Assembly (NCBI RefSeq): GCF_963921235.1
Contig: NC_086104.1
Location: forward strand, 91,202,001-91,266,000
Source of the DNA: Mobula hypostoma
Lineage: Eukaryota
DNA length: 64,000 nt
Direction: 5' to 3'
In this document: piece after piece, positions 50,788 through 63,212 of the stretch
Position numbering within the stretch: position 1 is the stretch's first letter
How the letters are laid out: the number at the start of each line of letters is the position of its first letter
Notes under the pieces: model-generated
What the model was told of the DNA's origin: nothing
The model's database searches: none
Seen by the model: the letters and a program-made list of their open reading frames with translations, nothing else
Translations under genes and position numbers: made by a program

Positions 50788-51400
50788 CTCTCTCCATAAT
50801 TCAGTCCTTCAAGTCCCAGCAACATCCTTGTAAATCTCTTTTGTACTGGTTTCAGCTTAAAGGTTCATTTGAAAACTAGAACACTTCTTACTATCAACTT
50901 TTACTCGCTGTTGGAGATTTTCTAACAAGGCAATAATGAACTGTAAAATCTGCGAGTGCAGAGTGTATCTCACATTTATATTTGGAATGTGGAAACTCAC
51001 CATTGAAATTAATCCTGATGTGTTAGAAATTAAAATACTTGTTAATCAGCTCTAACTCTATTGAGCAATAAAATTATTAAAGTAGACAATCTTGCAAAAT
51101 GCTTTATAGATGAGGATGAGTACAAATTAACCATATGGATGTGTCTTGAAGTAATTGTATCTCTACATGTGCCTGAAACGTCAGCTCTTTATTCCTTTAT
51201 ACTTTTTTTCCCATAGCTACTGCCTGGCCTGCTGAGTTCCTCCAGCATTTTGTGTGTGTTACTCTGGATTTCCAGCATCTGGAGAATCTCTTGTGTTTAT
51301 GATTTCCAAGTCCCCTGTTTGTCAGTTTCAAGTTTCAAGTCATTTCATTCCTTGTCTTCAGGTATGTTTGTGAGATACTTTGCTTGCATGTGGTCTAGGC

Positions 51401-51482
51401 CAGGGTCCCCACCCAACATTGTTATGCCATGGATCCTTACCATTAACCAAAGGGTCAGTGGACCACAGGTTGAGAACCCCTG
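51401..51482. mobile_element. hAT-like mini-MITE
   Basis: CAGGG...CCCTG termini; reverse-orientation relative of 58276-58359. Confidence 0.6.
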
Positions 51483-51904
51483 GACTGAGTGTTTTCCATT
51501 GTCCATTACCTTTTGTTGATGGACAGCCTGAGTTATACGTCTAGTATATAATGCACAGACTTCGGAGGGTCTATTTTGATCACACCTCTGATATTGTGTC
51601 AGCTTATAAACATACACGCTCTCCCAGAGCGACAACTGGAGGAACTGACAGGATCAAGCAGAATCATGGGAGGAAAGGAACTGTCGATGTCTTGGGTTGA
51701 ACCCACTCCTCAGGGTCCATTGCACTCCTCCCTTTTTACGTGCTTCCAGGCATTTAGCTTAAAGCTGATTTTGCAACAATGCATTGTTGTAAAGTCATAC
51801 AGTGCTGAAACAGGAACCATATCCTGCCATGCTGACTATCAAGTACCCAGCTATACTAACCCCATTTACCAATCATTGGAGTATACATCTTCTACACCCA
51901 GTTA

Positions 51905-52770
51905 CCTTCTGTACATAATAAAATGGTCACTGAGTGTATGTTCATGGTCTCCCGCTGCTGTAGCCCATCCACTTCAAGGTTTAATGTGTTGTTCATTCTG
52001 AGCTGCTCTTCTGCATGGTTATTTGAGTTACTATCACCTTCCTGTCAGCCGGAACCAGTCTGGCCATTCTCCTCTGGCGTCTGTCATTAACAAGGCACTT
52101 TTGCTCAATGAATGCGTTTATGTTTTCCACACCACTCTCTGTAAACTCTAGAGACTGTTGTGCATGAAGATCCCGGGAGATTAGCAGGCAAAAGACCTAG
52201 ATAGAGTGGATGTGAAGAGGATGTTTCCTATCGTGGGTGAGTCTGGGACCAGAGAGCACAGCTTCAGCATAGGGGTACATAAATTTAGAAAAGAGATTAA
52301 GAGGAATTTCTTTAGCCAGAGGGTGGTGAATATATGGAATCCATTGCCATGGACGGTTATGGAAGCCAAGTCATTGAGTATATTTGTAGTGGAGATTGAT
52401 AGGTTCTTGACTAGACAGGGCATCAAAGATTACAGGGAGAAGGCAGGAGCATGGAGTGAGAAAAATAATAAATCAGCCATGATAAAATGACGGAGGAGAC
52501 TCGATGTGCTGGATGACCTAATTACGCTCCTATGTCTTATATCTTATGTTTCTGGGATACTCAAACCACCTTGTCTGCCACCAACAATTATTCCATGGCC
52601 AAAGTCACCTAGATCATATTTCTTCCCCACTCTGATGGTTGGTCTGAACGTCAACTGAATCTCTTGACCATGTCTACATGCTTTTATGTATTGAGTTGCT
52701 GCAGCATGATTGGCTAAGTAGATATTTGCATTAATAAGCAGGTGCACTTAATAAAGTGGCCAATGAGTGT
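51905..52770. mobile_element. Tc1-like MITE copy interrupted by a CR1 3' end (about 52188-52545, +)
   Basis: Colinear with 16706-17490; right TIR cttaataaagtggccaatgagtgt; CR1 ORF 52206-52490. Confidence 0.78.
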
Positions 52771-53350
52771 TTGTCTTAGGGATTCAGGTGCTCGTCAAGA
52801 CCCTCAAATGCTAAGACAGTAGCTAACTCCACCACCCACTCGGGGCAGTGCATTTCAGTGTCGGAAGTACACTTCAGCCCAAAATCTATAATGATCCCTT
52901 GACTACTTTAAAAGTCCTGCACTCATAAAAGTGCCAACTTTCAGATGAGAGGTTATGTGTGTCCTCACAGGAATCATTTTGAAGGTGAGCTTGGGCATCC
53001 TCCTCCATATCCTGCTCAATGTTTACCTTCCAACTTGCATCACGAAGAAACAGTTGTCTCGTGCTTTGCCTCATTACAGCCGGTGGGAGTTGCTTTCTGC
53101 CAGGTTTGATATTAAAATGATTGCATTGGCTGTTGAAGCACATTGGGACCTTGTGGTTGAGAAGGACAGCCTCTGAATGTAAATCTTCTTCCCCACTGGT
53201 GAATCACCAAAGAGACTTAAGCTTGCCGCAGCAGCTAAGCAGGTAATAAAAAATGGACTCAACTCTGCCTGACTGCAGCAGTTGAATCTGGAGATGGTGT
53301 TTCTCGAAGGCTCTTTGGAAGTCGAGAATGAGGTGCAAATATCCCGCAAA

Positions 53351-53947
53351 GGCGGGAGGAGAAGATGGCGGCACAATGCAGCGCGCGCAGCTCTCCAGTG
53401 AAATGATATCGTATTTGTAAGTAGGATGCCGTGCACAATTCTGATTTGATAGAGATAGACGTGAGAAGCACAGAGGAACATCTGGAGAAATTTCTGAAAT
53501 GCCCGGTTCGCTGCCACTGGGGCCCCAAAATCCCCGGCTTTGCCTGCTGCTGGTGACCGAGGCTGGGGTCGAAGCGTTTGGCAGAGATGGTGCTCAGTAC
53601 TCGGTGTCGGAGGGCTGATCGGAGCTCGAAGTTTTCGGGCGACTCAGAGTCGGACTGTGGTCAGGCATGGCAGAGAGAGTTTTCTTCCTTCTCCCGTCTG
53701 CGTGAGGAGAGACTTTGAACTTTTTTACTGTGCCCATGGCCTGTTCTTCATCAAGTTATGGTATTGTTGCACTGTTGTAACTATATGTTATAATTATGTG
53801 GTTTTTGTTAGTTTTTCAGTCTTGGTCTGTCCTGTGTTTCTGTGATATCACACCGGAGGAATATTGCATCATTTCTTAATGCATGCATTACTAAATGACA
53901 ATAAAAGAGGACTGCGTGTCCTCATAATCTAACCTAATCTAATCTAA
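53351..53947 (+). mobile_element. Non-autonomous LINE-like retroposon with a YY1-like start and an (AATCT)n tail
   Basis: AAGATGGCGGC at 53362, CpG-rich 5' half, T-rich 3' half, AATAAA at 53900, (AATCT)n tail. Confidence 0.65.
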
Positions 53948-54164
53948 TAATTTAATATCATGCTTGCAGCTGTTTTATTTGATGTTCATTGTAGTACAGG
54001 TCAGGTAGAGTCAGCCTGTACCAGCAAGGGAAGTAACACATCACCGAGTGAAGAGTAAAGAGAAAAGTAACAAAAGACTGGTCCTCATGTCCTTTCTTTG
54101 CACAACTAACTAGTTTTAGCTAGTGAGATAAGGATCTGTGAAACAACAAGGACAGTTTTAATTT

Positions 54165-54292
54165 ACGAAAAATGCTGGTGGAACGCAGCAGGCCAGGCAG
54201 CATCTATAGGAAGAGGTACAGTCAACGTTTCGGGCCGGGACCCTTCGGCGCATGCTTAAATTTCCAGCATCTGCAAATTTCCTCGTGTCTGC
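54165..54292. mobile_element. Penelope-derived fragment with inverted end
   Basis: Minus strand GA-AGGG-TCCCGG-CCC-GAAA-CG-TT-GACTG, truncated within the ribozyme core. Confidence 0.75.
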
Positions 54293-55414
54293 AGTTTTAA
54301 TTTATGCTGCCATGATACCTCAGGTTCACTGACAAGGTAACTGTGAAGATACAGAACCAATTATAAGACATAGGAATGGAATTAGGCCATTCGGTCTATC
54401 GAGTCTGCTGGGCAACAATACTACAAATTAATGAAAATTTACAGACAAATTGTACAAGTATATGCAGCCATAAAGAAAGTCAAGCTACCTGAAAAATAAC
54501 AATACCAACAGCAACTAATCCAACACAGCCCATCCAAACCTGGGAGCTTTGTGATATTTTGAACCTGATCCGACGTATTTTATCAGGTTCTGTCAAGCTC
54601 TGGATGAGTAGCCAGGCTCTAATTCAATAGGCTAGCTTTCCAGAGAATCCTTAATACTGTGAATGTCTTTAAAACTTTGACATCTCTGAACGCACAAGAA
54701 AGTTTTTGGTCAATGTCTTTTGTGTCAGTGACAGAAGCACTTGGTGTGGAAAGGTAATAAGATGGCGTAATAGGAGGTCATCGAGCCCACTGTGGATTTT
54801 CATCAGCGCTGCTCCCCAACTCTTTCCTCATTGTTCCGCATAATACCTAACCTTCGGTTGAAAATTGCTGTTGAACCCACTTCCACCATCCCTCCAGCCA
54901 GCCTAGATCAGATCATCACATCTTGCTGAGCGGAAATGTATTTCCTTATCTGCCTGCTGGCTTTTCTAATTTCTAATCTGTCTCTTTTGGTCTTGAGGGT
55001 ACTTCAGCAATATTTTCTCCTGGCTGGTGCAGAATTTTCTGCTCCTATTATCTCTCCAGAGAGAGGATGTGACTTCCTGGATGGGTGGATAGAGTATTTA
55101 GGTCAGGCAGTGTAATCTTCAGACGGGGGAACAAGCATTCAAAAGATACACAATGCGGCAGGCAATGGATAGCATGACTTTGATTGGCAGAATTATTTCC
55201 AAGTGGGCACAGACTGTGAAGCAGGAAACAGTGTGCCATCCCTTCATTGATGATTGATAGTTCAGATTGCTGTGGAATTGTTTGAAAGAGGAAGCTGATA
55301 TTTGTAAAACCAGACATTTCATTAAATCCTGCTCCCTCTGCAAAGTCTCCCTTTAAAAATCACAGCACTGCATCCAGAGCATTAACACCATATTTAAATA
55401 AGGTGATATTAATT

Positions 55415-55629
55415 TATACTCAGTTGCCACTTTATTAGGTACTGCCTGTATCTGATGAAGTGGTTACTGAGTGTATGTTCCCCATTCTAACGTTCGGTCC
55501 AAACAACAGTTAAACCTCTTGATCATGTCTGCATGATTTTATGCATCGAATGGCTGCACATCAGTGAGGTGACCTTAAGAGAAAGGAGAAGGCTTGCAGG
55601 TGTACCTAACAAAGTGGCCACTGAGTCTA
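55415..55629. mobile_element. Short Tc1-like MITE copy
   Basis: TIRs tatactcagttgccactttattaggtac / gtacctaacaaagtggccactgagtcta with TA flanks. Confidence 0.78.
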
Positions 55630-55658
55630 TCAGTCAGTTGGAAACACAGTGGAACCCT

Positions 55659-55988
55659 GGGCAGCTCTGTGGCACAGTTGGTACGGTGGTGCTCTGCTTC
55701 ACAGCGCCAGACATGTAGGTTCAGTCCTGGCCTTAGCTGTTGCTTGTATACAGATTGCAAGTTCTGCCCCTGCAACTTCATAGGTTTCCTCTCACGGGTC
55801 GCTCAGCTCATTGGTCATGATATCTTGCCCCTAAGCGTGCAGGTGATTGGTGAAATCTGGGGAGAGTCGATAAGAGTGAAGGGAGAATAAAATGGGATTA
55901 TCACAGATTTAGTGGTAGTTTTTGATGGTTGTCACAGAGTTGATTGGCTGGAGAGCCTATTTCGATGCACTTTCTCTCTATGACTCTA
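55659..55988 (+). mobile_element. Degenerate V-SINE/HE1-like SINE
   Basis: gggcagc..gtggcacagttggta head, ggttcagtcc B box, CR1-like tail ctatgactct. Confidence 0.6.
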
Positions 55989-57689
55989 CAGACAGGCTGA
56001 CAGTCCCCAGCCTCGAGCAGAAAGATGAGGGCGTAGAGCCTGGTACTATTCTTATCTTGGGTGGTGGGGTGGAGATGGGTCTCTACCAAAGGAGGGGTAG
56101 GGTGCTCCTTCCCTCCGCTAGTCTGCAGGTCACCCTTGTGCAAGGTGTAACACCTGCCTAGCCCCCCCACTCCCCACCCTCAGATCAAGGTCACGTGAAG
56201 CAGTGGTGGCGGATGATCATACAAGCAGCTGGTGCATATCACAAGTCCTGGTTATGCGACCACTGACCACATCAGTGAGGGAAAACAGAAGGTTTGCAGA
56301 GAGTGCCCCAGAGGCTTTAGATCCACAGCCATTTCCTATTTGACAGTGCCAAGAAAAGCAATAAGGGAGTACAAACCTGGTGACACGGAACCTGGCTGCC
56401 TTGCAAATACAACGGACTTGGAAAGAAGAAAGTCTGTTGCTAATGGAGGACGGGGTAGAAGTTAATGAAAGTCCCGTGAAGGTGGGCTACATCATCTGAA
56501 TTTTCCCATCATCCCCTGCTGATAGCCTGGCTGAACTCAGCCCAGATCATGAGAAGATTGCCTTGATTCCCTCTGATTTTCCCACTGAAATACAACCTCA
56601 AAAGATATCCCGCTGAGGTCAGATGGTTCAAATGTTTGCAGAAGACAAACTAACAAAAGGCAATCATTGGCTGCCCAGTTGCAATGGTTCTCAGTCACCT
56701 GAATGCCCCCTCCTTCTGCTTTGACATCTCTCAACTGAAGCTATTTCCTGGATCCATGTTTGGCACTTGAGTGCTTTGTACCACCCATATCTCAGTGACC
56801 CCTCAGTGCAGAGATAATGGGGATCCCATCACTGGCTCATTCGGAGACTGCAACAAAGAGCTTGGTAGGTTTTGCACAAATCCAGTTCATTTCAATTGAA
56901 CAGGTCATTTGCAAACAGTGAAATAGTCTGCAAAGCTTTGATATAACGGTACCTATTGCAGTAATGAGATTACAAGTAATGAGATGTCTATTACAGTCAT
57001 GCACAACGGAACTATTAAGAACTCTAAGTAATCTACCCACAGACAGGAGGTACTCCAGATTACGTGTTAAGCATTTAAACTCATTCTTAATTAAAATTAG
57101 CTCTTAATACAAACATCCTTTCTCAATTGAATGGGTGCTGATATATACTACCCAACTTTGTTTAGATACATTAAAAGATTTGTATTTGTAATTCATCCTT
57201 AGAAGGCCAATGACAATCTTTGAATACTTAATGACTTTTAGAATATATATCTAAAAGGATTCTATCATCCCTTATCTGTTATGTCAACAGCTATTATCCA
57301 CCTAAATTTTACCATATTATTTTAGAAAACACTCCTAACACCCATTATGGTGGATAATTTCCTTTCAACTGACCAGCATTGCATTTGGTTCTCAAAGACT
57401 TTGTTTGCAAAGGGATAAAGTAATTCATGCAGACCAATAGCATAAGTTGTTCCAGTCCTGAATAAGAAGTGTGATACATTTGAAAATGGCTTCCCAAAAG
57501 AATGCTTCGTACTATTCAAGTTTCCGTCATGTGAGATGTGTCGTCATAACTTTTGCATTTTACGCAAAATGGTGTCTGCTTTTGGTGTGAAACTTAATTG
57601 AAAGATAACTAATTTGAAAATTACATCAGATATTCTCACAGATGAATGTCATTTGTAAGTTAGTCTCACAGACCAATGAGTTAATATTC

Positions 57690-58215
57690 AATATAGGAAC
57701 AGAAGTAGGCCCTTAACTCCATCTACCTACCTTGCATTTGTGAATACACAATCTTGTACTGATCCTTTAACCTACTCTAAAATCAATCTAATTCTTCCCT
57801 CTTATATAGCCCTCCATTTCTTCTTTCATCCATGTGCTTGAGAGTCTCTGACAAGTCCCTCATGTATCTGCCTCTACCACCACCCCCGGCAGTGTATTCA
57901 ACACACCCACCACTCACTGTGTAAAAAAAACCTTACCTCTGCAACCCCACCCCCCCAAATTCATTCCTCCAATCACCTTAAAATTGTGCCCCTTTATATT
58001 AGCCATTTCCACCCTAGGAAAAAGGCCCTGGCTGTCCACTCTATTAATGCATTTTGTACACCTCCATCGTTACCTCTCATCCTTCTTCACTCTAAAGAGA
58101 AAAGGCCTAGCTTGTTCAACCTTTCCTCGTAAGATATGCTCTCTAGTCCAGGTAGCATCCTGGTAGATCTCCTCTGTACCCTGTCTAAAGCTTCCACGTC
58201 CTTCCTATAATGAAG
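57690..58215 (-). mobile_element. CR1 3' fragment
   Basis: HYRKDVEALDRVQRRSTRMLPGL..LNKLGLFSLE. Confidence 0.8.
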
Positions 58216-58275
58216 CAACCGGATTTTCCGTTGCTTCTGCCTTGGTTTTGATATCACAGCATATGGAACGATGAT

Positions 58276-58359
58276 CAGGGGTTCCCAACATGGGGTCTGT
58301 TTGCAGACCCCATGGTTAATGGTATTGGTCCATGGCATAAAAAAGGTTGGGAACTCCTG
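58276..58359. mobile_element. hAT-like mini-MITE (84 bp)
   Basis: TIR CAGGGGTTCCCAAC / GTTGGGAACTCCTG; internal hairpin ATGGGGTCTG-TTTG-CAGACCCCAT. Confidence 0.68.
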
Positions 58360-58599
58360 CACTTGAGGAATACAATGAGTGTTCAAAGAACTATAATTGC
58401 TCTTTAAACCATTATCCTGGCGTTAGCAGTAAAACTATGGTACGGGAAGCATGCCCTAATCCAGAAGATAGAGGTCTTGAAGAGATGTAAACTGTATATT
58501 AATGGGTATCTTGAGAATGGCTTGGTTGCCCTGGTCTGGGGGATGCTTTCTCTGAGGAATATTTTCTCTCTGTCTGATCTAACCTCACTCTAATCCCCA

Positions 58600-59015
58600 G
58601 CCCCCCAGCCCCCTTTCACTATGGCTTCCTTCCCACTCCATCTGCCCATCACCCACACACTCCTCCCTCTGGAACCCCTTCCACCAGTGTTCCCAAACAC
58701 AGATCTCTCCTCCATCAAAAACTTCCATGCACTACCTTCCCTTCCTCTCTGATTCCACCAATGTCATCCTTTTGTCGCCTCTACCTAACTCCTCCGGCCT
58801 CTGTTGCTATTTCTACTCTTCCCTGCTCCATCTGCCTATCACCCTCCTCACCTGGATCTACGTATTTCTCTCCAGCTCTTGCTCAACCCCGTCTCCCTCA
58901 CCTCATTATACTGGAGATCTCTCCTCTGTCTTTAAATCCAGATGAAGAGTGTCAGCCCAGAACATCTACTACCTATTTCCCTCCAAAATGCTGCCTGACC
59001 CATTGAGTTCCTCCT
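58600..59015 (+). mobile_element. Old Penelope-derived pLTR fragment
   Basis: Pyrimidine-rich body, degenerate ccagatgaagagtgtcagccc, then atgctgcctgacccattgagttcctcc. Confidence 0.62.
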
Positions 59016-61187
59016 CTTTTTTTTCACTTTGTCAATACAACCTCAGCCCACACAACCTAAGCTTTGGATCAGAAAACATCCCGTGCATCTATGCCACAAA
59101 CCTTCAAACAGCAGTGGAACCATTCTGAGATAGATTGGACATAGTTGAACAATTGTTCCGTTGTTTAGTTAAATGATGTGATCTAGGGATTCTGACTGTA
59201 GAATGCCTTCTTCTGGACATGATGGCACTATGAGCTATTATGTGTCATCTCTGAGACCAGAACGAGAAAAATGCTGGAAAATATCAGCAGGTTGGGCAGC
59301 TTCTGTGAAGATAAGCAGTAGGTTATCGTTTATGTTCGATGGCCTTTCATCAGAACCTATCATCAATCAAAATGTTGCATTTGTGTTTCTCACTCTGCAG
59401 ATGTTATCTGACCTGCTGAAGATGTATACCATTTTTTTGTTTCTACTTCAGCTTTTTAGCATCTACAGTATTTTGCTTTTGGGTGTGTATTCTATGGTCC
59501 TTCAGGAAGAAGGCTGAAAGGTTCTCCAGAGAAAAGCTAGCAGTAAGTTAACATAAACCTCACTTGCATGACTGAACTGACTGTACTTTCATTGAAATGC
59601 AGACAATTTTCTACAAGTTCTTTTCAGCTGGAAAATTAAAATGCACAACCATGTAGTATTAATATGGTCCTATTAGAACTCAGTAACATCAAGCCTAATT
59701 TGAAAATATCTGTCCCAGATTATTCAGGTGTGGCTAATCAAGACTTTTATTCATGGGAGAGAGAAAAAAGATTAAAGATAACCTGATTCTTTTCTTTGCT
59801 AAATTGCTAATCTTTTATGCGTTACCTTTGATACCATTTGACATTTTGTATTTGTTCAGCTTTTGGAATATCATTGTTGCTGGCAGGTCCAGAACCTATC
59901 GTCGACCTCCAGTTGTCCTTGAAACTGGTAGCTGGCGTGACCATTTAGTAATCATCCACATTGGGTTTGGAGTCACAAATAGGCTAAGCCAGCTGAGTAT
60001 GAAAGGCATTAATGAACTAGGTGGGTTTTTAAACAATGGTCATCACTATTAATGAATCATATCTTTTCTCCCCCAAGTTCCAGAATAGCAGGTGACTTTA
60101 ATTCTGAGCTTGCTAAAGTGGGATTTGAATGGTGGTCTCTGAACTTTTAGCTTAGACCTCCAGATTACCTTGCCTGGAAAATTAATTAGTGAGCTATCAT
60201 CGTACCCATGGAAGCAATGTTATTTTAATAAATCCCCCATTCCATGAAATTTATGAAAAGTATTCTTGCGTTACAAGTTCAACCTTCTCAGTGTTTTACC
60301 ACCACTTTGATCCTTTTCCAAATGACATGGACTAGGCTGGTTAACCTCATTTATCCTCAAGAGGACACATCAGAACTCAAGTCCATCTTTGGCTATTTAA
60401 ATGTCTGGTGAAATTAAATATATTGAAAATCTTAATCTCTATAGCTCATATTTGTACAAGAAATGTAATAGAATTAAATCACATTTTGACTGTTTTGAAT
60501 GTGAATATTTACTCCCCATTATGTAATGACAAATGATTTTCAAAAATAAAGCTGATGGTAATTGGAATACTGATTAGGTACACCATCAGTCAAGTAGGCT
60601 ACATGCCAAGGTACAATATTGAGCAAGGTACTGTACACCCTTCTTATTAAAGGAAATAGATTGCATAACATGCTCACCTAATGTTTGCTCATTCCCCCCC
60701 CCCCCCCAGCATTACATAAGTTCTTTTGCAGACTGCTCTCTAAATTGGGTACCAGAAGCATTCCAATGTCTCAGGTACTTGGTACTGTACCTAATTCAGA
60801 GACCAGTCTGCAAAACAAAGTTACATGTGCAGTATGTAATTGGGGTAACAATGAGCGAGTATTTCAATAATTCACTGGTGTTGTAATCAGAGACTGCCGC
60901 TAAGAATATTAAATAATTTGTGATTATTCTCAGTGCATTAGAACTTATTCTTGCATCAAGCATTTCAAACACTCTGAAAAGCTAATCAAATAATCAGTAT
61001 GCACACTCTCAGTATTGAGCTTATTAGTTGGAGATCAGGGTATATTCCTGTGATTTTCCATTTATTAATGTTTTTAAAATGAAAAGGCAAGACTCCTAGT
61101 TCACAGGTACAAATTCAAAGTGGCTGACTTTGTTGAGTTTGGATATTTGGAGAAAAGCACTTGAGAACCAGGATCATTAGAATTTAG

Positions 61188-61360
61188 ACACAAGAGATAC
61201 TGTAGATTCTGGAAATTCAGAGTAACGCATACAAAATGGAATAAACAGTTGACGTTTCGGGTCGAGACCCTTCAAAATGTTCTTGACTCAAAATGGCAAC
61301 TGCTTATTCATTTCCGTAGATGCTGCCTGACCTGCTGAGTTCCTCCAGCATTTTGTGTCT
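61188..61360. mobile_element. Penelope-derived fold-back element
   Basis: Minus strand TGA-AGGG-TCTCGA-CCC-GAAA-CG-TC-AACTG, then an inverted arm with the family terminus. Confidence 0.75.
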
Positions 61361-61461
61361 GTCATTATAAGTTAGATCTCCACTTCACTCCTATCGCATT
61401 CCTCTGTAGTTTTAAACTGTTTTAAATGGTGGGTACTCTCGTTTCAGTGGAGATGCAGAAT

Positions 61462-61720
61462 CCTCTCCTGGAACCGTCACCTTGTTGTGTTAGAGAGGCT
61501 TGTGAGTTCATGAGATCCCGAGAGTGATGCTGTCCGGATTTTAGCCATCCGGCACTTAGCTCCTAGTAGTGTCATAGCGGTAAATTTCCAGATAAAGGGC
61601 GATCCAGCCAAGACTTCAGTGGTGGAGCTGGTGACATAACACAACAGTGAGAGTGGAGGAAGACCACAGCCACTGGGCCCTGAGCTGGATCTGTCAAGGA
61701 TCGTGTGGTAGCTGCCTGTG
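61462..61720 (+). mobile_element. Probable RTE (Expander-like) 5' UTR fragment
   Basis: cctggaaccgtcacctt..gagaggcttgtg..gatcc resembles fish RTE 5' ends (recalled, not aligned). Confidence 0.45.
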
Positions 61721-62039
61721 CATCAGGTTTCCCGTGTTACACAAAGCCATTCTCCATTAAGGGAATCCACCCTACAAACACTAAGGAGAACACCATCCTC
61801 AACTTGAGTGACCACACTGCTCTTCTCAAGATAGAAAATATGGTGACCATCTCTCTATCAATAACACATAAGCCCATATCTCAATGTTTCCGTAACTGAT
61901 GGAAAATTCACTTGGTTATGACTGAAAGCTCCAGGAGGACACTGCTGAATTGTTTCTAATATTCTGCAATCATTTTTTTCACTAGACTGCAGGATAATAA
62001 AATTAAGTTTCTTTGACAGGTTTTCCAACAGTTCCCACA

Positions 62040-63212
62040 ACAGCAGTAGGTTACTGTATAGGATTGAAAAAGGCTGTAGAGAGTTGTAAACTCAGCCAGC
62101 TCCATCATGGGCATCAGCCTCCCCTAGGTGAGGACTCCTTCAAAAGATGATGCCTCAGAAAGGCAACATTCATCATTAAGGACCTTACCATCCAGGACAT
62201 ACCCTCTCTTCATTGCTACCATCAAGAAGGAAGCACAAGAGCCTGAAGATACAAACAAAGTTTCAGGAACAGTTTGTTTTCCTCTGCCATCAGATTTATG
62301 AATAGACCATGAACCCAAGAGCACCACCTTATTATTTTTCTTCTTTTTTTTTTGCTTGCTTTTTGCAATACTTCTTCATTTTAATGTATATTTCTTACAG
62401 TGATTTATATTTTTATTAGGTATTGCAATGTGCAGCTCCACAAATTGAACAGATTTCATGACATTTGCTAGTGATATTAAATCTGTTTCTGATTGTGAAG
62501 TTTTGCAAGGGATCACACACCAGTCCTAATCGAGGAGTCAGCAGTGGAAAGGGTGAGCAGTTTCAATTTCCTGGGTGTCAACATCTCTTAAGATCTATCC
62601 TGAGCCCAACATATTGATGCAATTGCAAAGAAGGCACATCATTGGTGATACTTCATTGGGAGTTTGAGGGCGTTTAGTATGTCACCAGAGACTCTGGCCC
62701 ATTTCTACAGATGCATGGTAGGGAGCATTCTGACTGGCTGCACCATCATCCGGTGTGGAGGGGCCACAGCACAGGACTGGAGAAAGCTGCAGAGGCTTGT
62801 GGATTCAGCTAGCTCCATCATGGGCACTAGCCTTCCCACCACTGAGGACATCTTTAAAAGGCCATGCCCCAGAAAGGCAACATCCATCTTTAAGGAACCC
62901 CATCACCCTGGACATGTTCTTTTCTTATTACTACCACGAGGGAGGGAGGAGGTACAGGAGCCTGAAGATACACACTCATGTTTTAGGGGCAGCTTCTACC
63001 CTTCCACCGTCAGGCTTCTGAACAGACAATGAACCCATGAACACTACCTCACCAGTTTGCTCTCTTTTTGCACTACATTTTAAAGTTTATTTATATGTAT
63101 ATATATTTTTTCTTACTATAATGTATAGTATATTTATCTATTACACCATAAAGCTGTCACAAACAACAAATTTTATGATGTATCACAGTGATATTAAACC
63201 TGATTCTGATTC
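62040..63212 (+). mobile_element. Two tandem Rex1/Babar-type 3' fragments (about 62040-62495 and 62525-63212)
   Basis: FYRCMVGSILTGC..KLQRLV..LPTTEDIF..PHHPGH; (GATTCT)n tails. Confidence 0.85.
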
